Shown: positions 1 to 14,604 of the stretch, piece by piece | How positions within the stretch are numbered: position 1 is the stretch's first letter | Layout: each line of letters opens with the position of its first letter | NCBI GenBank assembly: GCA_049724395.1 | Contig: JAUGWO010000102.1 | Location: 372,001 to 436,000, forward strand | Length of the DNA stretch: 64,000 bases | Reading direction: 5' to 3' | Source: Spongospora subterranea f. sp. subterranea | Lineage: Eukaryota | Made by a program: the position numbers and the translations under genes | Notes under the pieces: model-generated | Seen by the model: only the letters and a program-made list of their open reading frames with translations | Told to the model about the DNA's origin: nothing | The model's database searches: none

Positions 1-303
1 TTACCAGATAGCTCTGATATATGATATAGGTTGGCGAACATGGATCTCAGATGGCATAGCTCATTAGCCTGATAATCGCTGATAAGAACCGTTTTTACAA
101 ACGTCAATCCTTCGGATCATCACCTGCACTTCCTGCAGACAGACGATGTCGGCGTCAGATGACTGAATTGTGCTATGAATACGGGCGCGTCGCAATTCGC
201 CAGAAAGGAGCTCGGAACGATCTCGAATATTGGGGTAAAACGAGGGAGTGCACCAGACTTCTGCTAAAATATTATGTGTGAAAAGGCGGAATCGCCTGTT
301 CAT
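1..303 (-). CDS. Endonuclease/exonuclease/phosphatase (EEP, CCR4/nocturnin-like) protein, 5' part; runs off the window start
   Basis: MNRRFRLFTHNILAEVW...DADIVCLQEVQ carries the EEP motifs TxNIL and DIVCLQEV. GT-AG intron 123-69, then exon ANELCHLRSMFANLYHISELS and another GT donor at the window edge. Confidence 0.75.
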
Positions 304-417
304 TTCTTGGGGATTGGCATCAAAAGCAGTGGAATTGATCCAATCCAACTCCTTTCCGGACGGATATTTCTGCGCGCCCCGGGCGCCGCGTCACTTTCCC
401 AAAAACTACAAACAAGA

Positions 418-966
418 TCAGTAAACGGTATATCTTATCAGATTATAATATCCTACTGTAATATTTGTATTATTATGGAGTCTATTTTCTTCCTGGAAAT
501 TCGGATCATCGACGTTGTCCGAACTGGCGAACCCGGACAGGTCGAACCTTGCGGGCTCGTAGTCGACGTTCTCCGAATCCTCGTCCGCTCTGCTGAAACA
601 CAGGTCGTCGCGATCAACCAGAATGATGTGTGGAACTAAATCAAACTGCACATGGGCCGTCGTCGCCCGTTTTGGACCACCATCCGGTGTCTTTAGGCAG
701 CCTGTATTCGGCAATCGCTGTAAAACGGGATCCGTCCTGTCTGGCAATGACTTCTTTCTAACTTGCAGAATCCTTGGAATGGGCAATGGAGTTTCTGGAG
801 GATCTAATTGAATCTTTCCACTAAACCATCTCGTTAACCAGTTCGCTCGTGATTTTCGCTTCGCCGTTAATGCTTCTGACGTTCTCCTCGTCACCGATTT
901 TGAAGTTTCAAAAGAATTTGGAGTATTCGCCTGCTCAATCGGTGACCCGAAACTGAGCCGTGGCAT
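418..966 (-). CDS. Hypothetical protein (182 aa)
   Basis: ATG-initiated ORF with a plausible S/P/basic N-terminus and acidic C-terminus; no recognised motif. Confidence 0.45.
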   Translation of the reverse strand: MPRLSFGSPIEQANTPNSFETSKSVTRRTSEALTAKRKSRANWLTRWFSGKIQLDPPETPLPIPRILQVRKKSLPDRTDPVLQRLPNTGCLKTPDGGPKRATTAHVQFDLVPHIILVDRDDLCFSRADEDSENVDYEPARFDLSGFASSDNVDDPNFQEENRLHNNTNITVGYYNLIRYTVY

Positions 967-1610
967 AGCGACCTCGCTTCGCTAATCGGGCAAGCGGCCC
1001 GCCCTTCGGTATTGGCGGCGGCAATCCAGATCGGACGGCGGTGGAGCTAACGGCGCCAGTGTCCCGCCGTCCCCCTCACCGACCCCAGCTGCGCCGTGTT
1101 CCTAGGGCCGTTTCACCGATATGGCGATTCCAACCGAGGAATAATTTAGCGACGGCTGCCGTCAGGCCAAGTTGACTGGAAGGCACCTCCTACTAAATCC
1201 CCCCTTCTGTATTGTGTGTTCCCTTCTCTGTGTACCCAACTGGGGATCAATTCACTCCTGATGTTGTCGGGAGATTTTTTTAAGGGCATGCGACAATACA
1301 AGATTCAGGTGTCTTGGACAGGGAAGACAAAAAAGCGATTGTAGTTTGGAAAAATGCGACTTTGGTAGCAATGGGGGATCGAAGGAGGTCGCAAGGGCAA
1401 CCATCATATCCATTTGTGAAAAAAAAACACGGAATATTATCTGGACTACAACTTTTCTGAAAACATTGTAATTGCTTGCCGTGTAGTGATGGAGAAAAGT
1501 CAACTAATACTTATCACATTTGACATTATTTATGGTAGCGTTGAACAGATTGTTGATTTGCCTGGTACGTCAAGTAAGCAATGAAAATTCTTTGTGTTGA
1601 AGATGTTATT

Positions 1611-1998
1611 TCACTGTCTTTTATCCGGATCACGTGGCATCACCAAGCCTGTTTCAGGATCCGTTCCGAGTGGCCGGCGAAACAGAAGGATGTGAGGCTC
1701 CTGGAATGAGATTCACAATTAGCAACGGTTTCAAAGTTCTGTGCAAAAGAATTACAGGCCGATGAACTTCGTAGTGAACCCAGCCACGACTCTGCCGAAA
1801 CCCCGAGCTCGCGCCATTCCTCTTCGCTAAGAATACGAGCTGGCATGATTGCTTTGCCCATTTCTTTTGGCAGCGTTACGTGACTAGTTCCCGGTTCGAA
1901 TCAGATTCTGCAGTACAAGGATACGCGACGGAGGCTGACCGGTATTCATATTCGTCATCAGTATATTTATCGGAATATTCAAAATCGTTCGGCGGCAT
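1611..1998 (-). CDS. CKS1: Cyclin-dependent kinase regulatory subunit CKS1 (3 exons; one apparent extra base at about 1800)
   Basis: MPPNDFEYSDKYTDDEYEYR / HVTLPKE...ILSEEEWRELGV, then after a 1-nt shift RQSRGWVHYEVHRP / EPHILLFRRPLG; hallmark CKS motifs. Confidence 0.93.
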
Positions 1999-2391
1999 CT
2001 GATCTGGCCCTTAATATTGTCGGATCCTGAACGAATTGATCAGAGCGACTCCCCTTTAGGTCGCTCTCAGGTCAGTCGTGTCAATCCTGGTGCAATTGTG
2101 CACAAGGGGATCGGATAGGAGGAGGTAGTGTATACTGTGTACACTATATACAGTACGCACTATAGGTAGGGTGTGCCGCACAGCAGTGGCAGTTTATTAC
2201 GGTACAGTAATCAGCAAAGGGATTTTGATCAGCGACTACCGGTAGAGAATTATTGCAAACGCAAATACGTTGTGGCACAGATACAATTGATATGGTTTCT
2301 CCAATTTACACAGTAAACTGATATTGTATATAAAAATACGTGTGGAAATACCATGTTTAATGAAGTCGTTCGCGAATGAAAGCGTGTACAT

Positions 2392-4105
2392 TTACTGGGA
2401 ATGCTGGGGAGGATGAGGCGGGCGTCCATACGGCGGTGGAGGGGGAGGTTGGGCATGCATGGGCGGTGGGTAATTGTGGTCATATCCTCCATAAAAAGGG
2501 GTTGGAGGAGCTGGATAACCGTTTGGGGGATAGTATGCGTGCTGCGATTCCCATGGTTGAGGCGGATACGGCGCTGGTGATCAATCTTAGCAACGAAATC
2601 GCAACTGAACCAAGATAAAGGCTAACCTGCGGGATTCATCGAAACAGGCTGAGGAGGCGGCGGAGGAGGTGGCCAAGACTGAGGGATTCCATCATCCTCA
2701 CCAGATGCATGAGTCGGAGCCTTGCCAGAAAGTTCGGACATGAAATTATCGTATTCGTTTTTCAAGCGCGACCTTTCCACAGTATTGACAGAACCACCAG
2801 TTGGGCAATCTGATGTTGGATGACCACGCTCACCACAAACTTCACAGCGAACATTGGCAGGATTCCAGGCAGCACCCGTTCGTTCAGGGCATTTATCAAA
2901 CAAAGTGCCCGCGTTCGCCACACAGCCGGCAACGAATTTCATCACGTAGCGTTCCATTGATTGCCGCAAGTTCACGAAGCTGCCGAGCTTTGTGTTCATT
3001 GTTATCCTAATTTCGATTATTAACGGAGCAATTCACATAATGAATACGATACCTCATTAACAGGTTGTAATAGTTGTTCTATCATTTTAACACATCGTGC
3101 CAGATCCGCTTCGCTTTCGCCCGTTATCAAAACATGAAGATCTAAACTGCGTAAGCTATCGGAATAAAAGTCAAACAAAAGGGAGAACCTTCGTTGTCAG
3201 ATGGATGAGGCTTATGACGTCTGCCTTCCTTCTGCGAACCTCTTCCTCTAATTTCAATTTTACAATTGGTTTCTTTCTGCATTCGCTTCTGCGTCAATCC
3301 ACGAGGACCCAAAATCATACCGCTATATAAAGTGTAAGAGCGTAGAAATTGAGATTAAATTGATTACCAATAAGAATGAGGCCTCGAAGGTGGTTGACCA
3401 TCGCTAAAAATACCATAAGAAAGGCAATACTCTTTGACCTGATTGACTTAACATATAGGGACCAGGCTCGTCTTGCGGAATCGATAATTTTGCAACAAGT
3501 TTTTGTTTCTTGAAATCTGCAGGAGCTGCAAACTGAGGATTAAGCTTGATGTTCTTCTCAATAAGTTCGTTACGCTCCTGGCAAAACATTCAGATAAGTA
3601 GCCCCCCCAACAAAACAAGATATTCTGATACCTTGATCAATGCATCTCTTATTCGTTGTTCCCTGGTGTTGGTGCGTTTTCCATTTCCGTCGTATTCAGG
3701 TGGCGGAGACGGAGACCTCAAGGCGGGATCAGCAGGGATCAATAGCTGTACATTCGCAAGCTTGGTAGTGATTGTTTGCATACGAAGACGTACTACACCA
3801 CAATTTAACAAAGGGTTGTATACACGTATTTACAGGCTCTAAGCATACATAGATATAACTCTCGTTGATCGGCAGACATAGCTGCTGTAGCAGCAGCCAT
3901 TTCAGCTGTCAATTCAATTTTATCGTGCTCCGAACCCCAACGAGAGCGACGTTTCTTAGGTTCTGCAACTTCAGTGGCAACACCCCACCGCGAGCGTTTG
4001 GGGCTTTCGTGCAGCTTCATTTTCTGATGCATTGGCTCCGGAGTCTTGGGCATTTGCTGGCACATCAGCAGCGGGCGGTGCAGAAACGGCGGCTTCGTCC
4101 GCCAT
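2392..4105 (-). CDS. SF1: Splicing factor 1 / branchpoint-bridging protein (multi-exon; apparent extra base at 4000-4003)
   Basis: KRRSRWG ULM motif, [27 protein letters not shown]2 region, zinc knuckle [14 protein letters not shown], Pro/Tyr-rich tail. The N-terminus [11 protein letters not shown]... from ATG 4105 joins after removing one base. Confidence 0.92.
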
Positions 4106-4572
4106 TGTAATCCCCGACGCAAGATAATACTCTAAGCCCAACCCAAATGGTAATAAATTGCTCCAAGTCTCGGACTTTACTATCCGTGCTGAGTGAGAGT
4201 GACGGACCGTTGATTTCGGTTTTCCGAAAGTTTGAACAAAGAGCCGAGATAGGCGATATTTACATGTACTTCTTAGACCTGCGTCGAAAGGCTGCGCTTA
4301 GGAGTACAAAATAGTTCTTTGATTACATTTTATATTGACGAAACGAGATTTTCGAGGAGAAGTGTTTATGAAGTTCATATCGATGTTGCATCGCCTTTAG
4401 GTTGCCAGCAATGGGTTTGGAAATGATCCACTGCCAACTAAAGTGCATACTATATCATTTGTGATTTTATTTGAAATAAAACCCTGTTAATTAGATCGGG
4501 GCACGACCCATTTCGCGTGTCGACGTGACTCACAATCGACTGGGAGTGGAAATTTCAACTCATTGGACAAAA

Positions 4573-5414
4573 ATGCAAACACCTAAGACTGGAATTGTTG
4601 AGCGGATCCGCCTTCAGCTGTCACAACAAACTGATTGGGTACGGAATCTAGTTTTTGAACAACGACAAAGAACACTTATGATATTTCAGAATGCAACGGA
4701 CAAGTGGAAATTAGACTCACCGATAGAAGAGGGAAAAGTTTTGAAAATCATACGAGAATTAGCCTATAAGCCGGAAGAGGCCATTGAGGTACCACGTCGT
4801 CGACACTCCAGGCTACCAGTTAACTGAATGAACTTTCAATGCAGCTTCAGCATGTATCCCCTTGGACCAGAAGAAAGGTGTATTTGTACGATACAGAGAC
4901 TGGAACGTTCACATTGTCTGACGAAACGGTTAGCGATGAGAATCATGAATGGTCTGGAAATGATGGTGAAGAGGTAATGTGTGTTTCGTCAATGTAACTA
5001 CTCAACCTCTTTGACCATAATTGATGATAGTGGATGGAATTCGACAAAGATGTTGAATCATCATTTCATGATAAAACTGGGTACGAACTTAATGCACGCA
5101 AAACTGAACACGAAGCACCGCAAAAATCCGGTTTGGAGGTCTCGAACGAAGCTGGCTTCATTTCCAAGATGGTAAACAACGTGGTTTTAAACAATCCTCA
5201 AAAACTATCTGCAACCGAAGTGAAAGACCGTCCTTCTAAAGACGCGCCAACAGAGTCCAATATCAGGAGCGCCGCTGGTAACCGATTGACTGCCATTCAA
5301 AGAAAAGAACTGCAGTATCGAAGGATTGGGAACATCATCATAGGAGTCGTTTGCGTAACATTCTTAGCACTCATATTTTCTGGCCGCTTTGAACCAAGAA
5401 AATATACATCTTAA
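4573..5414 (+). CDS. Hypothetical multi-exon protein with a C-terminal transmembrane helix (tail-anchored-like)
   Basis: ORFs 4525-4827 and 5034-5414 can be linked by short GT-AG introns; hydrophobic IGNIIIGVVCVTFLALIFSG lies near the C-terminus. Confidence 0.55.
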
Positions 5415-5521
5415 GTTGCATATCAGCCGTCTCGCGCTGAAATCATCAATATGATAGAGTGTGTTGGAAACGCTGCGGTGATTACGCGGTAAAGCAAATT
5501 TAAATTATATATTTACATAGG

Positions 5522-7746
5522 TCATCGGCGCCGTATGGACGTCTTGCGTTTACTAGAGAAAAGTCCACCTGTTTGAACAGGAGCACTAGCTGTTTGGCCG
5601 GCCCCGTTCTGCTGACCATCAGTGGAGAAACCGCTGAAATGAGTAGGCTGATTCAATGAAGGTGCAAAACCAGTCGTATTCTGGTTAGTAGATGCTTGAG
5701 TGAAAGTGGCGTTTCCTGAGGCAGAAAATGCAGGGACGCTAAACATTGGCTGCTCTGGAAGCTTCGGTTGTGATGGAGTTGGACCACTTTGGTTTTCCAT
5801 TGCAGAATTTGAAAATGGCTCATGATTACCAGCAGATTGTGATAACGTCTGCCCCACTGGATGGATGCCTTGACCACCTCCTTTCTGCAAAACATTAGTG
5901 GAGAATCCATTGAACTGAGTGGGCTGAGTCGCTGGCGCTCCAAAGACAGCCGCGTTCTGGTTAGCGGGTGCTTGAGTAAAGGTGGCGTTTCCTGAGGTAG
6001 CGAATACAGGAGCGGTAAACACTGGCTGCTCTGGACGCTTCGGTTGTGATGGAGTTGGACCACTTTGATTTTGCAGTGCAGAATTCAAAGATGGCTCGTG
6101 ATTACCATTAGATTGTGATAGCGTCTGCCCAGCTAGAGGGATGCCACCTCCATTTTGCAAAACATCAGTAGAGAATCCGCTGAACTGAGTGGGCTGCGTC
6201 GCTGGCGCTACAAAGACAGCCGTGCTCTGGTTAGCAGGTGCTTGAGTGATATTCGAGCGCACAGGTACTTCGTGTAAAGTAGTGACATTGCGGGCCGAAT
6301 CAAGAGTGGCGTTTCCTAAAACAGGGAATACAGTAGCGGTTGGTTGCTGTTGTGATGGAGCGGTACCGCATTGAATTTCCGGTGCAGAAGTGAGAGATAA
6401 CTCGCTACGAGCATCAGACTGTGATGACGCCTGCTCTAATGTAAGAACAGGTTGTGTAGATTTCTCATTCAATTGTGGCTGAGCAACGACGCCGTCCGCT
6501 GCCTGCAAGTGAACAGGCTGTGGGGGAAAAGACGGAGTGGAGCAACTAGGAGTTGTTGATTTCTGTGGAGACACGGTTTCATCCTGCTGGCTAAATCTCG
6601 ATTCTTCAACTTTAGACTCGAATGCCTTAAGGATGTCTAGAACTTCTTTGTCATTTCGCTGAAATTTAAGCCGAATTTCGTCATCGTCAAACAACATATC
6701 GTCTAGCTCAGGTCGACGGTGGGTGTGTAGGCGGGAAAGCCTGATCTCCATGGTCATCATTACTATATACTCAACAAACAGATTTACCTTCGATGACTAT
6801 TGAAAATTTCGTTAAGAGGTAGATCTGGCTCAAACGAATCTGGTATATTGCCACCGCCATGAAATTCGACTTCTTCCGGAATTTCGGTACCAGCAAGATT
6901 GAATGGACTCGAATAAACAAGGTCGTCGTCAACATCCATAGGTGGAATTTCAAGCGAAAACTGGTCATCAGAATCGGCTCGAGAACGACCGTTGACACGA
7001 AATGATTCTTTAAATGTAGCAGGGACATCTGTCATGGTATGCTCATTGGAAGAAAGGATCTTGGAGCGCTTGGGTCCTAAGGAAAGTTAGTATACAAAAC
7101 ACAAGTACCCATATTTGAACAACCAAGTGTTGATGCTTTGCTATCTTGAAAGCTGGTTTGCGACTGTTGTCTCTTGTTTGTTCGCGAAAAAGAAAGATGT
7201 GGTTTCTTGAAACTATCAGAAGCTGACTGCGGGCGATGTTGGAGAACTCGTCGAGGCTCGTAACTATGAGAGGCATTGGACGACGCTTTGATTTGTATAT
7301 CTGTCGATTTAGGAGAACAAAAACTGGGATAATGATGGGTGGGTTGTATACTTGGTGAGCTAAAACCATCAGGAATAGGACCGGGTCTTATTAAGCTAGA
7401 CGATAAATGGATAGACGATGGCCCTCGTGCAGGCGAGCGATTGGCTGTTAACGTCCGATCGATTGCGTATACTGAGGCAGGACGGCCAACAGAGGATACT
7501 GCATCAGAAGAAATCTGGAACATTACACCAATATCAATGTATACAATACCGTTCAAATGTTGACCAGCGTACTCTGGTATAAATTGTCTTTGATTTCATT
7601 GAGTCGCAGATTTGTCTATCGGTAGCGACCGGACGTTCCGGTGTTGCTGTGTACAAAAAAGAGGCGAATCTTTCTGCATTTTTTCTGAAAACATATAGGC
7701 ACAGGAGAAAGGAAAGCACCAGCGTCATCAACGATAAATAATCCAT
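5522..7746 (-). CDS. N-terminally membrane-anchored disordered protein with Phe/Gly-type repeats and a basic tail (POM121-like nucleoporin candidate)
   Basis: Exons in ORFs 7534-7758, 7077-7556, 6784-7035 and 5522-6760. TM segment LSLMTLVLSFLLCLYVF; S/P/Q/T-rich body; repeats TQFSGFST/AVFGAP; ends GGLFSSKRKTSIRRR. Confidence 0.55.
5610..6330 (-). repeat. Coding tandem repeat, about 270-276 bp (90-92 aa), about 2.5 copies
   Basis: TQAPANQ...QPTQFxGFST...GQTLSQS.GNHEP...QSGPTPSQPK.PEQP.F...SGNATF recurs with anchors near 6245, 5975 and 5699. Confidence 0.9.
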
Positions 7747-8260
7747 AGCTCGATACAAAATATGAATCTCGCCAAGAACGGGTCAGTCTTCCGAAATGGA
7801 TTCTGTTTCAGAGTCTGGAGGAGTTGGCCGAGGGGAGCCGGCAACAAATGCGAGAATGCGTGAACAGAGCAATTTCTAATGCGTGAAATATCTCCTCGTG
7901 CGGTATGTACAAGTACAACTCCCGAAAAGTCCAAGCGAATCTATCAGTTCCAGGAGGGCATCCTTCAGCAAGGATATGATGACATACAGACCCCCGACCT
8001 TTCGTTATCACTAATCAATACATCTATCAATGTCATCTGGCTTGTTGTTTCCAGCGACAGCAGTAGCCATTATCCCATCATCCCAATGTACCCTCAATAA
8101 AACCTGACCAAGGAGGCTACTCTGCCACTGTCCCGACCTGCTCTACCTGACAATACATATGTGTTTATTATTGCACAACTACCCTACGGCAGTTGTCGTG
8201 GCGAGAACGGACGTCGGTCGTGGGCCTGAGCCAGGCATCAACGAAGGTCCATAAGAGTAC

Positions 8261-11200
8261 ATGACATACAAGCGTCGCGGGTCTCGCCGGAGAAAACCCG
8301 CATCTTTGATAATGGATGCCACCGATGTTTCTGTGCATGTCGAACAAACCGACACACAGCTTCGCGGGAAATCAACTGCTGAGGCCCTGGAGTACTTGCA
8401 CCAGATCATAGAAACGACTGAAGCGTCCCGCCAGATCCCGATTCTGTCTTCGTTAAAAGCTGCCAGTGCCGTAGCTGCGATTGCTTGTGGATCGATTTTT
8501 ATCGTTCTTTACACCTTCGCTCCAACGTTAAGTTCTTTACTTACCTCTGGACTGCTGCTATATTTATCAGCTGCTGCCACCTTCTCTGTTGCTTTATTCG
8601 ATATTTATCTATGCAATACTGAAGTAAAAAGGCGGCTCAAGCCTGGTTAGTTACCTCAATTGTTTGATCGAAGCGATTCTGATCACCGTAAGCAGCCAAA
8701 TTGTTTCTTCAAACGATTGCTGAAAACGCGGGCAAGGTGGTCTTGGCGCCTTTATTCCTTGTAAAATATTCAGTTTTCTCCAGGCCAATGTCAACGATTC
8801 GTTGTCAAAGTCGTTCAATACAAGTTTTCAAACAGTGCTTCGAGACTCCCGCTGGGTATTGATTCCCAATGTTGCGTTAGTTCCCGGTGACTTAGTGCAA
8901 ATAAGGGATGGTATGCTGGCCCCTTGCGGTCTTGAAGTCATATCAAGCAGCAAAACGAAGAAGTCGAAAAGAAAGCTGAATAAGGGTGACTTTGTTCGTC
9001 TTCCGTCCGCGGCTGTTCCTCCAGTCGTGCCAGTGAACCAATTTTCAGAATCTGCTCATCTAGCAGAATCAATGCCTCGGATTGCTGGTTGTCCCCAAAA
9101 GAACGTTCTTCGAGTCCTTGAGTGTCCCTTTAGCGAACGAATGTCAGATCTCACTGGGCCGACCAAAATGACTCGCCCAAAAAATACGCTGTTCAATCAG
9201 AAACGAGCTATTCAGCGACGGTTCAGGCAGTTCAGTTTCGCAGGGTAATTTTGTTTTTGCACCACCCGGTCTTTCCTCAGATGGATTTTAGGTTTGCTGT
9301 CGCTTTTCTGCGCACAGCGTTCGTGATGTTTTCCCGTTGGACCGATTTATCTGTTGAGGTCATGATTTTGCTGGTTCACGAACCTATTGTCTGCGTTTTG
9401 GCCAGCTTTTGTCTTTCGGAAACCGTGTTTTCCTTCTTGGTCGATGCTGTCGGAAATGGAATATTGATTCAAACAGACATAGATTTGCAACAAGCTCGTC
9501 CTCAAGATTCGGCAATTGGGCTTGGCCCGAATAAGTTGCAAAGCCTCAGTATATTGTGGAAACAGCGTCGGGCCACATTCAATCGAATAATTTACGAAGT
9601 GTTTGGTCTCGGAACTGCATTAACCAGACTTACGAACCCTTTTGAAGTTCTTGGTCAAATTACAGCTGTGTGCGCTCTTGACAAAGTATTTTTCAGGGAC
9701 GCCCAATGATCAAAGTTAACCTTGCCCTTTAGGATGGAATCGTTAGTGAAGTCTTTTCCGCACCAGAGCATGTTCTCGTTTGGGATAATGGTACCCCGGT
9801 AGTACTAGACCTCATTGCTGATCATGACATGCCCAACAGGGTCATTTTTGGTAGTCTCAATGTTGCTATCAAAACTAATCTTAACGCCTTTTATCAGAGC
9901 GGAATTGGGAGCAACATTTCGATGCTGTTAAACCGTTAGGTTTGTCTTGCCTAATGGGGGCGTCCTGTGCAGAGTCTGTGGAACTGGTCGGTGTCAAACC
10001 CAGCAAGTTGGTGGAGCTAAACCATGCGTCCGGGTCATCGGAATATGACGTCGTTGTTCGAGACCAAGGTGAGGTGCTTGGTTACACGGCGCTTGCCCAT
10101 TTATATGCTCTATACATCAGAGATCCCTTCCGAATGCCTTTGCCAAATTGGTCGAGAAGTCGGGTTCGCTGCAGATTTCGCAATAAGGTCATTTCAGCAA
10201 CTGCAGCAAATTCACGTGATTTGTCCAAGCGATAATTCCGCCTCCCTTGGAGTTACGCGACAAGATGCTCCTCGCTTGCAGTTGTTACCTCACATGTCGA
10301 GTAAAGTTGTCAAGTCGGCGCACAGCGAAATGCTTCAGTTATTTTCTCGAGGGGATCCTAGTATGTGCTTTAGTGTTGCTTGATCTATATTGATTCAATT
10401 CTGTAGACGTTGTTCTCTCGTATTGTGATTATGTGTGGAACAAGACGCAGCCTTTACCATTTTCTGGGCCTCTGAAGAAGAAAACTTTAGATATTCTCCA
10501 TCATTGGGCGCATGTTGATTTCAAATGCTTCGCGTTTGCATATTCCCCAATTTCTCCATATGCCTCGTCTTATTTCAATGAGGCAAACCACGAGGCTACT
10601 GGTTCTGTTTTCGTCTCTCGCCAACATGTCAAATTTGCCCCAAGTAGTACTCTCTTCATGAATGCTAATAAGGCTCATAAATTTGTTTAGGAACTTGACC
10701 CAGTGAATTTAGAGATGCATGATATGAGTTGGGCTGATCCGCATGTCATTTCCGACATGACTCAGGCTTGCAATGAAGCGGTAAAAGGTGAGTGTTCTAC
10801 TCGAAAAATATTTTTGAGATTTTCTTACGCTGTATCATAAGGACAAATTTTGTTGGGAATTGTTGCGTCTAGGCCTCCCCCGAAACCGGAGATGCCTTAC
10901 ATCATTGAAGATTTAATGAAAGCTGGGATTCGGTGACCTTTTTCTGAGACTTCGGCTAATATGCCTTCTCAATGAATTTGATTTTCTAGATTTGTATTTT
11001 TCTCCGCTACTGGGCGCCGCAAATCGATCGCATTTACATCCAAGCTGGGACTTGAATCTGATTGGAATTTTTTTATTTCTTTGAAGGATCGTTCTTCAGG
11101 TGATTATGGCATTGCATCTCATTAAATTTGTTGATCTTGTCCTAGAACCAAGCCAGTCCGTGGAGGCGGCATTGAATATTTCTAAGCTGCCTGAAGGCAT

Positions 11201-12576
11201 TTCAAAAATTAGGGATCACATCGAATCAGTGGACAATGTCCCGTTACTGTATGTGCCTGAATTTTGATTCAGCCTGATCTGAATGTTTCTTAGCGTCTCT
11301 TTGTTTACGGATTCAACCCCCGATACAACCCGTGAAATGATTTCGATACTCCAGGAAAATGGCGAAAGTGTGCTTTGCATTGGCAGTTCTTTGAACGATT
11401 CAAACTTTCGGACGTTTCTCCAGTCAGACGCTGCGATAAGCGTCGATCCCCGAATTGATGATGATCACTCCAGACGGGGGCGAGCTCCTGTTCAAACAGG
11501 TTTGATTTCCGTTGAAGACTGCCGGATGTTCCACTGACATGAAATGCAGAATTTTACTTTTCTTTTGCTAAGCATATAATCTCTTTGCCTTGTCCCTTCA
11601 TGCTGTCATCTTCAACTAACATCAGAACTTATTTGGCTGGCTTAATATCTCAATCTAGAAATCTCCTCATGCATTCCAACCAGGCGTATATATTTTATGT
11701 GGCTTGCCTTTGTTCTACACTGATTTTATCAACTCTGTCTCTGGTGGTTGGCCTTCCCTGTGTTTTTGAGGCTTATCAAGTTCTATCGTTGATTTGGATT
11801 AGTATTCCCATTGTGAGCTGTTCTTTGCTTTTTTCCCCTTCTAAACGTCTTGCCATGCAAGTCATTATGGAGAAGAATATTGTGCACCTGAGTTCCATTG
11901 ACCGATTTACATGGTAATCTCTGGTTGTGCTTTCCTCAGAAAGTTTGTTGAATTTAACCTTGTAGCTACTTTTGTCTGCGGTTTTTGCCGTCGACTTGCT
12001 TCTGTCTAGCACTATATTCGCATATTTTGTCCCGATCAATTCCTAACTCAACGTATTTCGCTTGGAGCATAGATCCAAGAATATATCTACGGGATTCTTC
12101 AACCGCCGGTTCAATCCATCATGCAAAAGCTTTTACTTTGTTTGTGTGTCGGTTACTGTCATTGTCATGTCACCTCACTCTTGCGTTCAGATTCGCATTT
12201 GTCTACTGCCTATTATGGTTATCAATGGGATTCCTCTATCGAAATGATTCGATCATACGTCGTAATCCTTTTCGAAACGTGATTTGGATTCTCGCATGCG
12301 CTGTGGTTTTGTCTTTCCAGGTATAGCAAAACTTGTGCTCAAATCGTTTTCTTGAAATGATTCGGCTCCGTTTAGCTCCTCATGACTTCGTCCAGCCTTG
12401 CTTCAATGGAGAAGTCTATTCTTCTTTTCCCAGTTTTGGCACTGATTTCGTGGCCAATAGTCATTATTTCTGTTGACGAGGCGGTTAAATGGCACGATCG
12501 AATATCCTATCATCGACATCAGCAAAGACTGCGGATATTATTCGACACCAGACTCGGAATGCATTCCCCGAAATAA
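8261..12576 (+). CDS. TMEM94: TMEM94/KIAA0195-like P-type-ATPase-related membrane protein (many introns)
   Basis: LVPGDLVQI, VCALDK-DGI, VDNVPLL/VSLFTDSTPDTTREMISILQENGESVLCIGSSLN and C-terminal LFDTRLGMHSPK match the TMEM94 family. Confidence 0.85.
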
Positions 12577-12591
12577 ATTAAACAATGTAGA

Positions 12592-14604
<2,013 letters not shown>

